Source: Monocercomonoides exilis PA203 (lineage: Eukaryota > Protista > Preaxostyla). From it: DNA of 64,000 bases. Of this stretch, positions 33,712-47,349 are shown one piece after another. The first letter of the stretch is position 1, and every line of letters starts with the position of its first letter. The stretch spans positions 372,001 to 436,000 of the forward strand of contig LSRY02000006.1 of the NCBI GenBank assembly GCA_001643675.2. Direction: 5' to 3'. Below the pieces are notes generated by a model that searched no databases, had not been told where the DNA came from, and was given only the letters and a program-made list of their open reading frames with translations. The translations under genes were made by a program, and so were the position numbers.

Positions 33712-36700
33712 ATGGCAGCGACAATTCACGAGGATAAATCTACTAAAAAAGGTGGAAAGAATTGTCAAAAAAGGTCTGATGTATATTGTCCTGATTTTGT
33801 GACTGATACAAAGTCAGGAATTCGTTATCAGCGTGGTTCTGTTCTTGGGAAAGGAGGGTTTATAAAGATAATATTTTCATTATTTGTTTAATGTAATGTA
33901 ATATATATTAAAAGATTTGCACAAGTTTTTGAGTTTGTTGATACAAATACATGTGAAATTTTTGCCGGAAAAGTTATTTCAAAGCAATCACTGATAAAAC
34001 CAAGATCAAAACAAAAATTTGATTCTGAGGTTTTGATTAATAAATCTGTAATGCACCCAAATATTGTTAGATTCTATAATTGCTTCGAAGATGAAAATAA
34101 CATGTATTTGGTCATGGAATTGTGCAAGCATAGAGTTTGTTTTGTTCACTTCAATGCAATTTCTCCTAAAGCTTATTTACGATTGTTTTTAAAGACTTTA
34201 CATGATCTTTTGAAAAAGCACAAACGGATATCAGAGAACGAAGCACGACCTATTATTCTTCAAATAGCAAATGGGATATCTTATCTTCATTCAAAAAACA
34301 TCATCCATAGAGATTTAAAATTGGGAAATATTTTTCTTTCTTCGCAAAACCAATGTAAAATTGGTGATTTTGGATTAGCCGCACAATTGATGCATTTCAA
34401 TGAACGAAGAAGAACCATATGCGGAACACCGAATTACATCGCACCTGAAGTCCTGACTCGCGGGCGCATTACGAAGGAAATGAAAGAAAAGATGAAAGAA
34501 TATGAAAAAGAAGATATTGAATTCGTTAATGCAAGTGATGATGGCCTGAAAGAAGGTGATGAAAATGTTTGTGAAGAAGCAGAGACTTCACAGTCTTCTA
34601 ATTCTCCACCAGGTCATTCGTTTCCTGTTGATATTTGGTCATTGGGCGTGATTTTATACGTTCTTCTAATCGGAAAGCCTCCATTTCAGGAAAAAACAGT
34701 GGAGGAAACTTATTCCAGAATCAAGCGTGGAGATGTGAATTTCGAGACAGAGCCGCCCCTCGGCACAGACGTGAAGAAGCTCCTTAAAGGGATGCTTCTG
34801 GTGGATCCTTCGAGGCGATTAACGATAGGGCAGGTGCTTGACAGCCATTGGCTCAAAGAAGAAGCGATGATTGCAGAGAAAAATGAGAAATTGAGGCATA
34901 AAAGGCAAAGTCAAGTGTCACCGAGAACGCAGGATGTTTCTTCAAATAGTGCTGAAAGGACTAGGGATATGTACAGGTTTATTAATGAAAGCGGATCTGC
35001 TCGGACTGCTGCAATTGCTAATTCTTCTTCTTCTTCTTCTTTGCCTTCAACATCAGATGGCCAATTACAAAAAACGAAAAATCAATCACCTTCAGAATTT
35101 CCTCTTCAAACAGCCGAATGCGAACAAAATCAAACATCAGCGCCTATCACACAGAACTTATTAACCTTTAAAACTCCTCATGAACGTGTTTCAAGGGAGC
35201 TGTCAATTTCTTCTGGCAACAATGAAGCAATCACAAAATCTTCGTCTTCTTCCAACTTTCCTTCTCTTCCTTCTCTTCCCCTTGTTTCACATGAAGAGAA
35301 GCTTAGCATTCAATCTTCTGCTTTGACTTCTAAATCGCCTGTTCTGATTGGATCAGCCGTGGAAAACAGAAAATATTCAAAAGAAAGAGCTCATTCTGCG
35401 CCTCGCCAGCGGACGAGGGAGTCTGAAGAGCAGAGTGGCCTGACACGGAATGGAAGTGCTGGTTTGTATTCGAGAAAGTCCAATGCCGAAGTTGTGACAT
35501 CAAATTCAGCAGCGCAGCAGAAAGCTGGTGGCTTTGCTTCTACTGCTTCTTCTTCAACTTCTTCTTCTTCTTCCACATTTCAGTCAACTCCTGCAGTATC
35601 ACCATTGTCTGAGCTTCCTTTGCCTCCGCTTCCGCACACAAATTCTCAATCACAGCTGCATCCAGCAACATTCCCGCTTCTTCAAAAACCTCCTCTTCCT
35701 CCATCTCAGCGCCTGTCTTTGCCGCTTCACGTCAAAAGAAACACATCTCCTTCTCCATTTGCATTCACTCCGCAGCAGCTTTCGCAGGAAAAGCTGATAT
35801 CTCCTCGCAGTCTGTCATCGTCATCATCATCATCATCATCATCATCTTCTTCTTCTTCTTCTTCTTCTTCTTTAGCGGCAGGCAAGTCCTCCTCAAACTC
35901 TCTCATGTGTCTGTCTCAGATGTCACAACTGTCTGTTATTTCGGAGTCTGGACTCGTTCTAAACACACGAGACTGCGCATTTCTTGCCTCGTCAGCTGCA
36001 GAAGATGAGTCAGAAGAGGAGGAAAGGAAAAGCAAAAGTGAGAAAAGTGATGAAGATGAAGGGAGTTCTGAACAGTTCGCTAAGCAAAACAAGCAAAAAG
36101 AGAAGGAAGTGGAAATTCAAGTGGAAACGATGTTTTATGAGAGAAAAAATCAAACAACTGAAATTGAGAAGGAGGCATCTTCTTCAAATGTGAAAGCTAT
36201 GGAGTTAAAAGAAAAGAGCAGCCAAATTCATAATGATGTTCAATCTGATACTGCAAAGAAATGTTCTGAGTGTATTCTTCAACAAGATTTGGATGAGGAA
36301 GTATTTGTTAATGAAAAAATGACTGGTGAATCGACAGAAAGATCGAGTGGAATAACAAAAGTCGAAGAAGAACAAAGTGAAAAAAACGCAACTAAGATTT
36401 CTGGAACAAAAACAAAAGAACAAACACAAAACAACAGTGATAGTTCAAATGAGTCATCGTTCATTCGATTCTTGAAGGAGAGGAGAAAGAAGAGGGAAGA
36501 TCTTCGAGAAGATGCCAAACAGGAAAAATCAATCAAAACAAGGAAAGAAGACATTTTTGGAAATGATGCTGAAATGAATGAAAGGAAATCTTCTGATTCT
36601 TCGAAAGAGAAAGAGAAAGAGAAAGAGAAAGAGAAAGAGAAAGAGAAAGAGAAAGAGAACTGTTCAAAGCGACTTTCTTTGAAAGGAAAAGAGGATGAAC

Positions 36701-39700
36701 ACAACCAAGACTCAGAACAATGGACGCTTCTTTCGCGCTCCTCGAAGGATCTGTCTGCAACTGCTTCAACACTTTCATCATCATCATCTTCTTCCTCCTC
36801 TTCTTCTTCCTCTTCATCTTCCTCTTCATCTTCACCATCGCCATCAGTCCATTCTTCAATCTCCATTGGAACTTATTCACATCCAGTCGATTCTTACCCT
36901 CTTCCAAGCTCTACCCCTTTCAACAATCCACCTTCTCCAACGCTTTCTGCTTCCCCCTCAGTTCATTCGCTGCACATTCAGAAAGAGAAAGAAGGTTGTT
37001 TTATGAGTGCTGATGGCTCATCATCATCATCATCATCGTTGGTTTCTTCTGTTTCTGGTGAGTCTTCTCAATCAGAACAATTGACTCACAAGATGAAAGG
37101 AAGATCTGAAAAGAGGGAAAGAAAGGTGCACAAAAATAAGGTTGATGGAAAGGAAAGAAACAAAGGAAAAGAAATAAACGCCTTAACGGTTCTTTCGCCG
37201 CCACTTGAGAATTCGAATGTTGAGCAGAAAATATCTCAGCTGTCGATCAATTCTCATTCAAAAACAAATTTAACAGTTTTTTCATCAACTGAAACAGCTC
37301 CAAAACAATCACAAAATTCTGCTCAATCTGATTCTTCTCCACAACACCTGCTTTCTAAGCCTCTTAGCATTTCATCATCATTATCATCATCATCATTATC
37401 ATCATCATCATCATCTTCTTCTTCTTCTTCTTCTTCTTCTTCTTCTTCTTCTTCTTCAACAAGTGTATTTGATAGCAAAAGTATTCAATCATTTCATCCT
37501 TCACTTCACGCTGACCTTACCATTCCTCTTTCTCTTCCTCTTCCCCCTCCTCCGCCTCCACTTCATCTTCCTCCGCTGCATCTTTCTGAGGCGCTGTCGC
37601 CAACTTCTGCCATTTCGCTGCCTTTTCCCGACTCTTCGTCTGCTGTTCAGCTGAAAAAAGATATTTTTGAGCAAAGTTCATTGAAAGCTGAAGGCAATCT
37701 GTTGCCTTCTTCGAGTTTGTACTCAAATAGAACAATCGAACAAAATGGAATTGCATTGAAATCTCAACCACTTCAATCTGAAAAGACATTTGTCGCTTCA
37801 ACTTCAAAAGCAGCTTCAAAAGCAGATAAATTGCCTTCTTCTTCTTCTTCTTCTTCTTCTTCTTCTTCTTCTTCTTCTTCTTCAACTTGTATCATTTCGC
37901 CTTCACTTCAGATGCCAGCATCCCACACTTCATCTTCAAACACATCTCATCACAAATCATCTGTCACATTCACTTCTCAAAGAAAAGATTTGCTTTCACT
38001 TCGTGATTGCTTAAAAGTCAGCCTCAATCTTCTGATTAGCTCTATTCGAAACTTCTTCATTTCAAAAGACCCTTCTTTGCGTCTTCAGACTCCCACTGCT
38101 CCCATTTCATCCCCTTTTGACATGCACTCTTCATCTTCCATTTCAAACAATTTCACATCTTCTCATACATCATCTTCTTCATATCAGCATCAGTCATTCA
38201 TTACTGCATCTGCTTCTTTCTCTTCTTCTTCTTCTTCCTCCTCCTCCTCCTCTTCTATTTCTTCACCAACCAGAGTCGTTGCCTGGTTAGATGAAACTTC
38301 CACCACTGGTTTTGTGTGGTGGCTGAGCGACGGTTCATTCGGTGTGCTGTTCAATGACAACACAACAATGCTGATTTCAGGCGACTCCTCTCAAACATCC
38401 AAACAGAAGGACAAAAAGAGAGGTATTTCAAATAGCACCAATAAATCTACATCGAATACAGGAAGTGATCAGTCATTTGACACGCTGTTTCCTCCTTCGC
38501 TTGCATCGAAAAGGAACATTTTATTTGCCTCTGTCAGTTCTTGTTTGCTTCAGCAGCTGCAAAGCCAGTCTGTTGATCATCGATTGACAAGAGTGTGTTC
38601 GTCTGATCCAGAAATGGCAGAGAAAATCAAAAAGCTGAAGGAGATGTACAAAAGAGGATCTGAGCAGCAGCATGTCAGCTCGCAACAGAACTCGAAGAAG
38701 GAATTGAATTATGAAGAGGATGATGAGGAAGAAGAGGAGAGGGAAGAAGATGAGGAAGAAAGCGGAGAACGAGTTGATAATCCATCGGGAAAGGGTGATG
38801 GAACGGAAGGCAATGTGTATTCAAATGAGTTGGCAGACACTTCCACAGCGATTTTTGTTGTGAAATGGTTCAGAACGAAACAAGGAATTGTGATGATTTT
38901 GTCGAATGGAACAGTCCAAGTCAATTTCTTTGACCACAAAAAAATTGTTCTGTCTTTGAATGATCCAATTGAAATAGCATGTCCTTCTCCTTCTCCTTCT
39001 GTGAAATTTGATTCTGCTCAATCTCCTATTTCATCAGAAGAAGAACAATACGCTGTTTCAGCTTCCTCTCCAAATGCCAATCTCCCTTCTGTTTGCTTGT
39101 CTTCGCTTCCTGCCATGTTTATCAACGGCTCAGAAGGCCTGACGCTTCCTCTGCCTCAGCTTGTGGATGCTATCGCTGGCTCATCTTCGACTGCACTTTT
39201 TTCTCCTCCCTCTCAAATTCACAGCCCAACCACGTTTTCAATTGTGGCACTCAATGAAAAAAGTCCTCTTATGTCTTCGTCATCTCCACTTTTGTCGCCT
39301 TCGCTGTCTCCTCAGCCTGCTGCTTCACCATCGTCTTTAAATGGTTCATTGTCATCATCTTCTTCCTCCTCCTCCTCCTCTTCTTCTTCTTCTTCCAAAT
39401 CTCTTTTGTCCAACACATTCCGCTCTTCTCTTTCTTCAACTCTTCTTTCGCAGATTCTGGACAACTCCTCAAAGGTCTTCCCATCTGAGCTCTATCGCTC
39501 GCTCATTCACTCAGCACCTCCTTTTGTTCGGAGACTCGAATTCGTCCGACAGCAGCTTTTGGCAGTGCTGTCTGATACAAACATGAAATTGGATCAGAAA
39601 ACACACAAAGAAGCTAAAAATGACTCAGGAAATGAAAAAATGCATAATCAGTCTGCAAAACAATTGGATATTCCTGTGAAAGATAAAGGAGGAGAAAAAG

Positions 39701-40584
39701 AAAATGAAACAATAAGAATATTCGCTCGAAGTGACAGCAAGTTGGATCAAATAAGCGCAAATGTCAAAGAGCCTGCACAAAAACTGGATTATGAGCAGAC
39801 ACATGACTCATTTGCAGCAAGATCAACACAAAAGTTGCCTGAATCTCATTCACAGAAGTCACTTTCTCCGCCTTTGCAACCTTCAACTTTTCTTCCTCCG
39901 CCTCCTCCCCCTCCCCGCCGCCATCGTTCTCATTATTTGGTGAGAGAGAAAAGCAGCCAACAGCTTTCTTCAGACCAGCTATATACTTCTGATCATAAGC
40001 ATTCAGTATCACTTACTTCATCGAGTGTGAACTTGCATTCTTATTCTTCTCCTCCAGAAGACAATGATGAGCTTCAGAAAGTCCACCATCATAAAGCATC
40101 ATCACGTGAAAGAAAGGCATCTGAATTGTCTGATTTGAAAGGTCGTGTTTCTAATGAAAAAAGAAAAGTTCGATTTCATGACGAAAAGTATGATGATGAT
40201 GATGATGATGGCAAATACGAATCCTTTGGGCGAAAGCACCGCAATCATATTTTCACCCACCATAAATCTGAAGAGGAAAGAAGAACAAGAAAACAAAGTG
40301 AGGATTGTGATAGCGATGATCAAATTGAAAGAAGCTCCATCAGAAAATCAGAAAGAGAGGCCAAACACAAATCAAGTGAAAATTCTTTAAAGCACATTAA
40401 AAGGCAAAGAAGCGAATTATCAGAGAGAATTGAGCATTCTGAAAGGGAGCATCATTCCCATCGAAGAAGCACGCATAGCTCTCATCATCACAGCGCTATA
40501 AAGGATGATGCAGATGATAGCATACATTTGAAAGCAGATTTACACACTCGAGTTCATTCATATGCAAAGTACAAAGATTATTGA
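33712..40584 (+). CDS. PLK1: Polo-like kinase, ~2251 aa; exons 33712-33857, 33915-34134, 34195-40584
   Basis: Spliced N-lobe LGKGGFAQV..FAGKVISK; HRDLKLGN, DFGLAA, RRTICGTPNYIAPE. Polo box 1 VVAWLD..GF.W.LSDGSFGVLFNDNT (~38275-38375). Polo box 2 KWFRTKQGIVMILSNGTVQVNFFDHKK (~38860-38945). The symbol marks the family; exact orthology is not tested. Confidence 0.93.
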
Positions 40585-40782
40585 TTTTTTATAATAAAAA
40601 TTTTGAATAAGCTAAATCAGCGATAAATTGTATTGAATTGTTTTATAAATTATAAAAAACATAAAATTTTTATTTTTATTGAAGAATCGATAATATTTCA
40701 TTATTTAATGACATTTCCAATCATTATTCTTTGATCTTGTGATCCCTTCATACTTGTTTGAAAGTTTAAAAAATAAAACTTA

Positions 40783-43377
40783 ATGTCTCATAGCTCTGGA
40801 AGCCGTAACATAAGGTTGCATAAAGCTTTAGATCGTCTTATTATATATTCTTTTAATGAATTTAGAAATTTTTCTTCAGAAAATGAAGAGAACAAAGATA
40901 AAGAAATGGATATTCTAAATTCATATTATTACAAACTTGATAAATTAACAGAGGAACGTTTGCTCACAGAAAGAGAACAAAATTATAATTTGGTTTGCTT
41001 TGTTATTTTCATATCCTTTTTATTATTGCAACTTCTTCTTTTTTAAATTATTAGACAATTGCACTTTTAATTAACATTGGTCTTCAAACAATGAAAGTTT
41101 ATGGAGATACATCGGTCGAGTGGTGTTCTGCAACATTGAATATCTCTTCTTATTATATCAATGTTGGAAATACTCAAGCTGCATTAAAACTATGGTATTT
41201 ATTATTTCTTTGTATTTCTGTTTCATTACCAAGTCATTTTTAATTCTTTAGCAATAATTTGGGACAATTGATAATAGAAAATAGAAATAACCCTCGTTTT
41301 GGATTGCTTTTACCGACTCTCTATTTTTCTCTTTATTTAATAAAAACAAAGGAATATCTCGATATGAAAAAGTACAGAGGACAAGGTTAATTTATTTGTA
41401 ATTTTTTTTAAATATTCTAATTCGCTTTTTTTGAACAGTTATGTACCCAACATCTGCTATACCACTTGCAAAGCCAGAAAAGCCTGGTTATAATTCTCCT
41501 CCTCTTCATCAGTTGTACACAGCCAATCATAAAGGAAAATTGGCTTTTCAAGACAAAATTGTAGGAAGTTCATTGCCACCAAAAGGATTCACAAATGAGA
41601 GCAGTGGGGACCATGATGCCGACTGTATTATTCATGAAGAACGAGAAAGGAGAAGAGCACTGATTCGAAAATACGAATCAGAACGGCAAAGAGATGGAAG
41701 CGCAAATTTTTCAAGAGGATACGATGCGAACGAAAATCAGAAAGAGATGAAGAGAGAATCATTATTTAGCAAGCATCAAAAGATGGTTCAAGAAGAAAGA
41801 GAGAAGGAGCTGTTTGAATCTCGCCAAAAGAAGATCGAAGAAGAAAGAGAGAAAATATTTGAAATGGCAAAAGATGCATCAGATGCAAAAAATGATGCTG
41901 ATGAATATTGGAGTCTTGCAATGGAGATGGCAATAACTGAATGCAAGTTTCCACCAATCAGGATTTTGTCTGTAAAGGATCTGAAAGAAAAGGCAGGTGA
42001 CACAATCAACTTCTTCTTTGGGGATTCGAACGCAAAAATCAAAAGGACAAGTGAAAAAAGTATTTCTCCGTCTCTTTTTTTGTCTTCATCGTCTGCGGAC
42101 TCTTCGTTTACGCCAGTGCACATTACATTTCCGCCTGCTGTTTTGGCTGAATATCACAACATCCCTGCATTGCTCTGTAAAATGAAGGCGCAACAGATGA
42201 GAAAAGATGAAGCAAAAGAAGATGATAACGATGATTCAAATGAAGAAAAAGCTACTGAAGGAGATGAAGAAGACGAATCCAAGCCAACAAGCGTTTCATT
42301 CTACAACAAGTCGCTTGGATGGCTCTTCCAGTCTCTTCTTTTGCAAGAGCTTGCAGCGAAGAAAAGATGGAGCGACTATGCAGACACGCTCACTCTTATC
42401 GGGCAGGTTATGGAAGAGATGGGAAGGATGGACGAAGCTGAGGAATATCTTCGAGAAGCCTACGAATGCCTTGTTGAGGTATGTATTTTTTCTCTTTTAA
42501 AGATGGCACGTTAATTGTCTTTTTTATTTTTTTTTTAACTTATTCAATTTTCATATTCTTTCGCTGCTATTCATAATTATTTGAATTTTCAATTTTAGAA
42601 ATACACACCAATTAGTGTCAGAACACTTTCAGCCGCAACTTTGCTGTGTCAGCATCTTGTTTCAAAAGGAGTTGTCGAAGAGGTTTTTGCTATTGCTTCA
42701 ATATATTCGCAAATAATCTTTTCAACATGATTATCCATTTATATTTCGTTGTTGTTATTTTCCTTTATTGCTTGCATGACATCTTTTAGGCCTTTCATTT
42801 GCTTGGCAATGCAATTGCTGCCTTTGAAGAAGAGGAGCAAATGCTGCCAATACCAGCGCTCACCAGAGCTCTTCGTGTGTATACTTCGATTCTTCTCCAT
42901 CAAAAGCAGTTTGAGATGGCTGAGCTAACAGCACGAAGGGTGATTCAGGAAGAAAAAATGATTGGAGACATCCAAAGAGAAGATGAAGGGAACGATGAAA
43001 AAGAAGGAAATGAGAAAGAGAATAAAATAGAACGTGAGAAAAAAGCTGAATCTTCATCGTATTCGCTGAAGAAGTCAATTGTTGATGTTGCACCTTTGAA
43101 TGAAGATCATCCTTTGTGTCGTGTGGCTGACGGATACAAAATGTTGGGGAGAGCCTTTTATGGACAGGAGAGATATACAGAAGCTCGAAAAGCGTTTCAA
43201 AGATCGAAAAGATTTTACTCAAGAATTTTAGGAAAAGATGCAATCGTTGTACAGAAAATTGAAGAAATAATTCAATGCTTAGCGGCTATGTTTGTTGAAT
43301 GTTGGACTCAAACAGAAGATGTTGATGAAGAAACGCTTTATGATGCATACGGAAGTCAAAATGCAGGGTTTGATTGA
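40783..43377 (+). CDS. TPR-repeat protein; exons 40783-40992, 41055-41194, 41252-41385, 41439-42478, 42599-42682, 42790-43377
   Basis: Five GT-AG introns with consistent phases. TPR-like helices ADTLTLIGQVMEEMGRMDEAEEYLREA and VADGYKMLGRAFYGQERYTEARKAFQRS..YSRILG. Confidence 0.78.
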
Positions 43378-44178
43378 ACGAAGATAAAAAAGATGTTTTG
43401 GATTGTACGCCTTTATTCACTGATACGCGCAAAATGATGCAACCCCTGGAATGTTCATCATTGCTTTGACGCAATAATTCAAAATGAATAATTGCAGCAG
43501 TTGCAATTTGAAAGAATATCCACATGAAGCAGATCACAGTTACAAATATTCCTAATTGGGTTCAATAGTTTAAGAAATTTTTTTCTCTTCCAGTATCAAT
43601 GAAATCCTGTTTTTTTTATCCTGAAATCTTTTTAATAAATGTTTTAGAAATACTTATAAGCCAGAAATAGGCATTATTATCGTAGTGTTTTTTTTTATTT
43701 TATCTGTGAAAATGATTTCTTTTTTTATTAAAACATCAAAGCAAGTTTCACGTGGCTGGTTTAAATACAATTTAATATTACTTAATTTCAATCTTTTAAT
43801 TTTATTAAAATAGTTAGAAAAATGAAGAAATGCTCATACCATTTTATGATAAATAAGAAAATCCAAATCATGATAAGAAATCTTCCTGCAAGGTGAAAAT
43901 GTCTTATTTAAAATACATCTTCAAATGTTCCTTTGATTTTTTTCAAAAAAATATTCGTAAATATCAAATAAAATCATTATTGATATATATTAACCATTAC
44001 GCGAGAATTACTCATATAAATGGCTCTAATGTAACGCAAGTTCAAAAACAAATAAAAATGTTCAATAAAAACGGTGGATCGATTCGAATAGAGAGATGAT
44101 CAAATCAAACATGGGCCAGAAAATCAAAGAAACGATAAATAAAACAATCCACCAAAAAATAATATCTGGCGCATTTAT

Positions 44179-44406
44179 TTATGCACCTTGGATGACGACC
44201 TGCTCGTTTTCAAATTTGATTTCTGGGGCAGTGTAGAATTTGCGTTCAAGCTGAATCTTCATTGGACCTTCAGCATTACTCTGGCGATGTTGTGCACGAG
44301 CCTTTTGGACGATAACAGAGAGGTCTTCACCAACTGGAATTTCTTCCTCTTCGGGAACTTCTTCGCAAAATAGATATGAAGTAAGTGCAAGAATCAAGCA
44401 AAACAT
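44179..44406 (-). CDS. Small protein with signal-peptide-like N-terminus (possibly first exon)
   Basis: MFCLILALTSYLFC followed by a hydrophilic stretch; locally higher GC than flanks. A possible donor CAAG|GTGCAT lies near the end, so the 3' end is uncertain. Confidence 0.5.
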   Translation of the reverse strand: MFCLILALTSYLFCEEVPEEEEIPVGEDLSVIVQKARAQHRQSNAEGPMKIQLERKFYTAPEIKFENEQVVIQGA

Positions 44407-45589
44407 TTTTTCCTAAAATTCAAGTGAAACAGCAAAAAATATAACCCTTAATTTCGAAATGCCAACATTCAGATCAAAAATGAACAAAGAATGGAATATG
44501 ATAACTTTCTTTATTCAAATGTCCATTTATCATCTTTGAATAATAAATATAATATGTAGAGCGATGAAATTAAAAGAATGAGCTTATTGTTGATCTATTT
44601 TAAGAAAAACAAAAAGTTATCACTGATATGAAAAGGAAATTTTAAAAAAAAAAAATAAATAAATAAATAATAGAAACAAAAAAATAGTTGTGCAAAAAAC
44701 CTGAAAACAATTTGATAATTGTGATAATTGTCTGTAAATATTAATTTTGTCAACAAAAAAATAGACAATTCTATGGTTTAAGAAATCAAGAACACAATTA
44801 TCATTACAACATTTGAACTCAAGAAATAAAAGGTGAGTCAGAGCAATTTTGAAAAAACAAATAAAAAAATTGAAAACACTTATAATGCCTATTAGTTAAA
44901 GAAGATTTCATCTTGCAAAGTCAAGACAAAAATTGGATCTATTGAATCTAATAAAACTAATACGTAACTTGTTCCAGATTAATAAAAGGAAAGTGAAGGA
45001 AAATTCTTCAAGAAAATGTGTAATAATCACTTTACAGTAGTCATACATAGGAAAACAAGCAAATGCATCAACGAAAAAAAAAAAAAAAACAGTGGAAAAT
45101 TGCATATTGCATGTAAATTCTAAGGAAAATCAAACAGAGAGATAAATAGACGAAACATATGGAAAAGTAATAAGCAAAAGAAAGGCAGGAAGCAGGAGAA
45201 ATAAAGTAATATGTTTTTTTTGGGGGAGGAGGAGGAGAGAGAGAGAGAGAAAGAGAGAGAGAGAAAGAAAGAAAGAAAGAAAATGTTAAAGATAGACAAA
45301 AAGCAAAAAGAAATTATATATACGCATTTAGAAAGCAGAGCGAAGAATAGAAAGAAAGATACAAAGAAAAAAAAGAGAGAGAGAGAAAGAAATTATTTAT
45401 GAAGAGTCAGTTGTGAAGTGAAAGTGAGTATAGCATTCCCACAGGGAATGACACATTTGCTATTTAACGTGGTTATCTTCTAAAGAATCATAAAGCATTG
45501 TATGAATTGCCTAAATGCACAAACAAAAATGGGAAGTGGGGAAATGAAAGAAAAAGAGAAATAATGAAAATGAGAATGAAAAAAAGAAT

Positions 45590-45718
45590 TAGAGAGATTG
45601 AGATAGAGATAGAGATTGAGGGAGACAGAGAAAGACAGGGAGAGACAGACAGAGAGAGAGATAGAGAGATAGAGAGATAGAGAGATAGAGAGATAGAGAG
45701 ATAGAGAGAGAGATAGAT

Positions 45719-45762
<44 letters not shown>
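45590..45762 (+). repeat. (GA)n/(GAGATAGA)n microsatellite
   Basis: Read directly; it produces spurious SLSL/ERER ORFs. Confidence 0.92.
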
Positions 45763-45763
<1 letters not shown>

Positions 45764-45769
45764 AACCGA

Positions 45770-47266
45770 TCAACCGAATGTCTGAAAAGATGTTTTGAGA
45801 AGTGCTATTCGAGAAGGTTTGAAAGAAGCTGTGTCAACCGGAGGTAGCTGTCGCTGGACTCCGCTTGCATTTACGCCTTCCCTAAACCCAGAGGAATGAG
45901 AAGAACTGGAAGCTTCTTTCTGATCTGTTCGCGAACTGAGTCTATCTGTGGAAGAAAAAGAAGAAGAAGAGGAAGAAGAAGAAGAAGAATGCAGAGGAGA
46001 AGAAGGCAAGAAGGAGTTTCTTGGATTAGAAGTGGAAGAATGATGATCAGTTGTGTGGTGTGGCTGCGAGGGTGTTGAAAGAGGGGATCCTCTTTCGCTC
46101 TGTGGAAGAGAAGGCAGCTGCGGGGGTGTTCCGAACTCATCTTCCAGTGCATTTTCGGGTGATTCGGATTCAAATGCTGACCCTTCAGGTAACTGGGCTG
46201 GTGGCAGCGGCGGCGGTGGTGGTGGCTGGGCGCCATCTTCTGTGCTCTCATCATCTCCCTCCGCGTCTTCATCTTCGTCTTCATCTGAAGGAGGAATCGG
46301 AGGCGGTAACTCTGGTGGCTGTGGAGGAATAAGATTGTCATCGGAAGGCTGATCTGACGATGGAGATGGCCCAGATATTGTTTTATTGTCTTCTTTGAAA
46401 GTGTTGCGTTGCGCTAAAGGACTGGTAGGACATTGAGATATAACCGAATGAGAACTTGATTTTGGGGATTGTGGTGGGAATTTGTCTTCAGAATGAATAT
46501 TACTTGTGGAAGTGTGAGGCGATGTAATTGGAAAATTGTGTTTCTTTGGAGATTTTATTGGTGAAAGAATTGGTGCAGATGAAATACTAGAAGTCTTTTC
46601 CATAGAAGCACTCTGGATGGATAATTCGTGTTTTTTCATATACGTTTTGACTTCATGCGATGTCTTTGAAAAGGAGCAAGGCGACTTTGGCTGAGTTATC
46701 TTTTCATCTTTGTTTGAACTATTCTTGGAGCCATTCTGCAAAGCATGATCAACTATAGCAGCAGATGTTTGCGACTCATCTGCGTCACCTGGTGGAGCTA
46801 GTATTCTTGAAACAAACTTTAGCCAATCGAGAACAAGATCAGCGGATACAAAATCACGATCTTTTTGTTGCCTTAAATGTTGTGAGAAAGGATTATCCAA
46901 ACAAATCATTAACAAGTGATAAGTGAAAACAAAAAGTTTTTTTTCAAATTGCCAGAATTGAACAAACAATAGTCCAGAATGAATAACTTTATTTTGTGAA
47001 GTCCATTGGTCAAACAATGGAACAGAAGGAATCTTATCTTTTAGTGGATTGCCGTGAAATAATTTTCCCAATCCTCTTAAAGGTTCACTGATTCGTTTTC
47101 CAAGTTTTGGACGTAAAACATCGATAAGAATTTGAGTCATTCCGATCAGCTCCTACAGAGCAAATTTTTGTACATAATCGAAATAAACAAATTTTCAAAT
47201 TGTGAAATAAGCGTGTACCTGTATCATAGAAGCAGTTGCTTTCAGACTTTCCTCTGAAGGATTCAT
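45770..47266 (-). CDS. Hypothetical protein with small globular (possibly PH-like) N-terminal region and Pro/Ser-rich C-terminus; exons 47266-47219 and 47152-45770
   Basis: ATG at 47266 and a phase-0 intron (GTACAC...TGTAG) in frame with the 456-aa ORF. Poly-Pro motifs. A short extra 3' exon (45479-45460) is possible. PH similarity is only suggestive. Confidence 0.65.
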
Positions 47267-47349
47267 TGAAATTGAAAATTTTATTATTATGCAACTAATG
47301 TGATCAGATTTTCCAAAAAATTGTCAAAGTGGGTAAAATAGACAAACAA

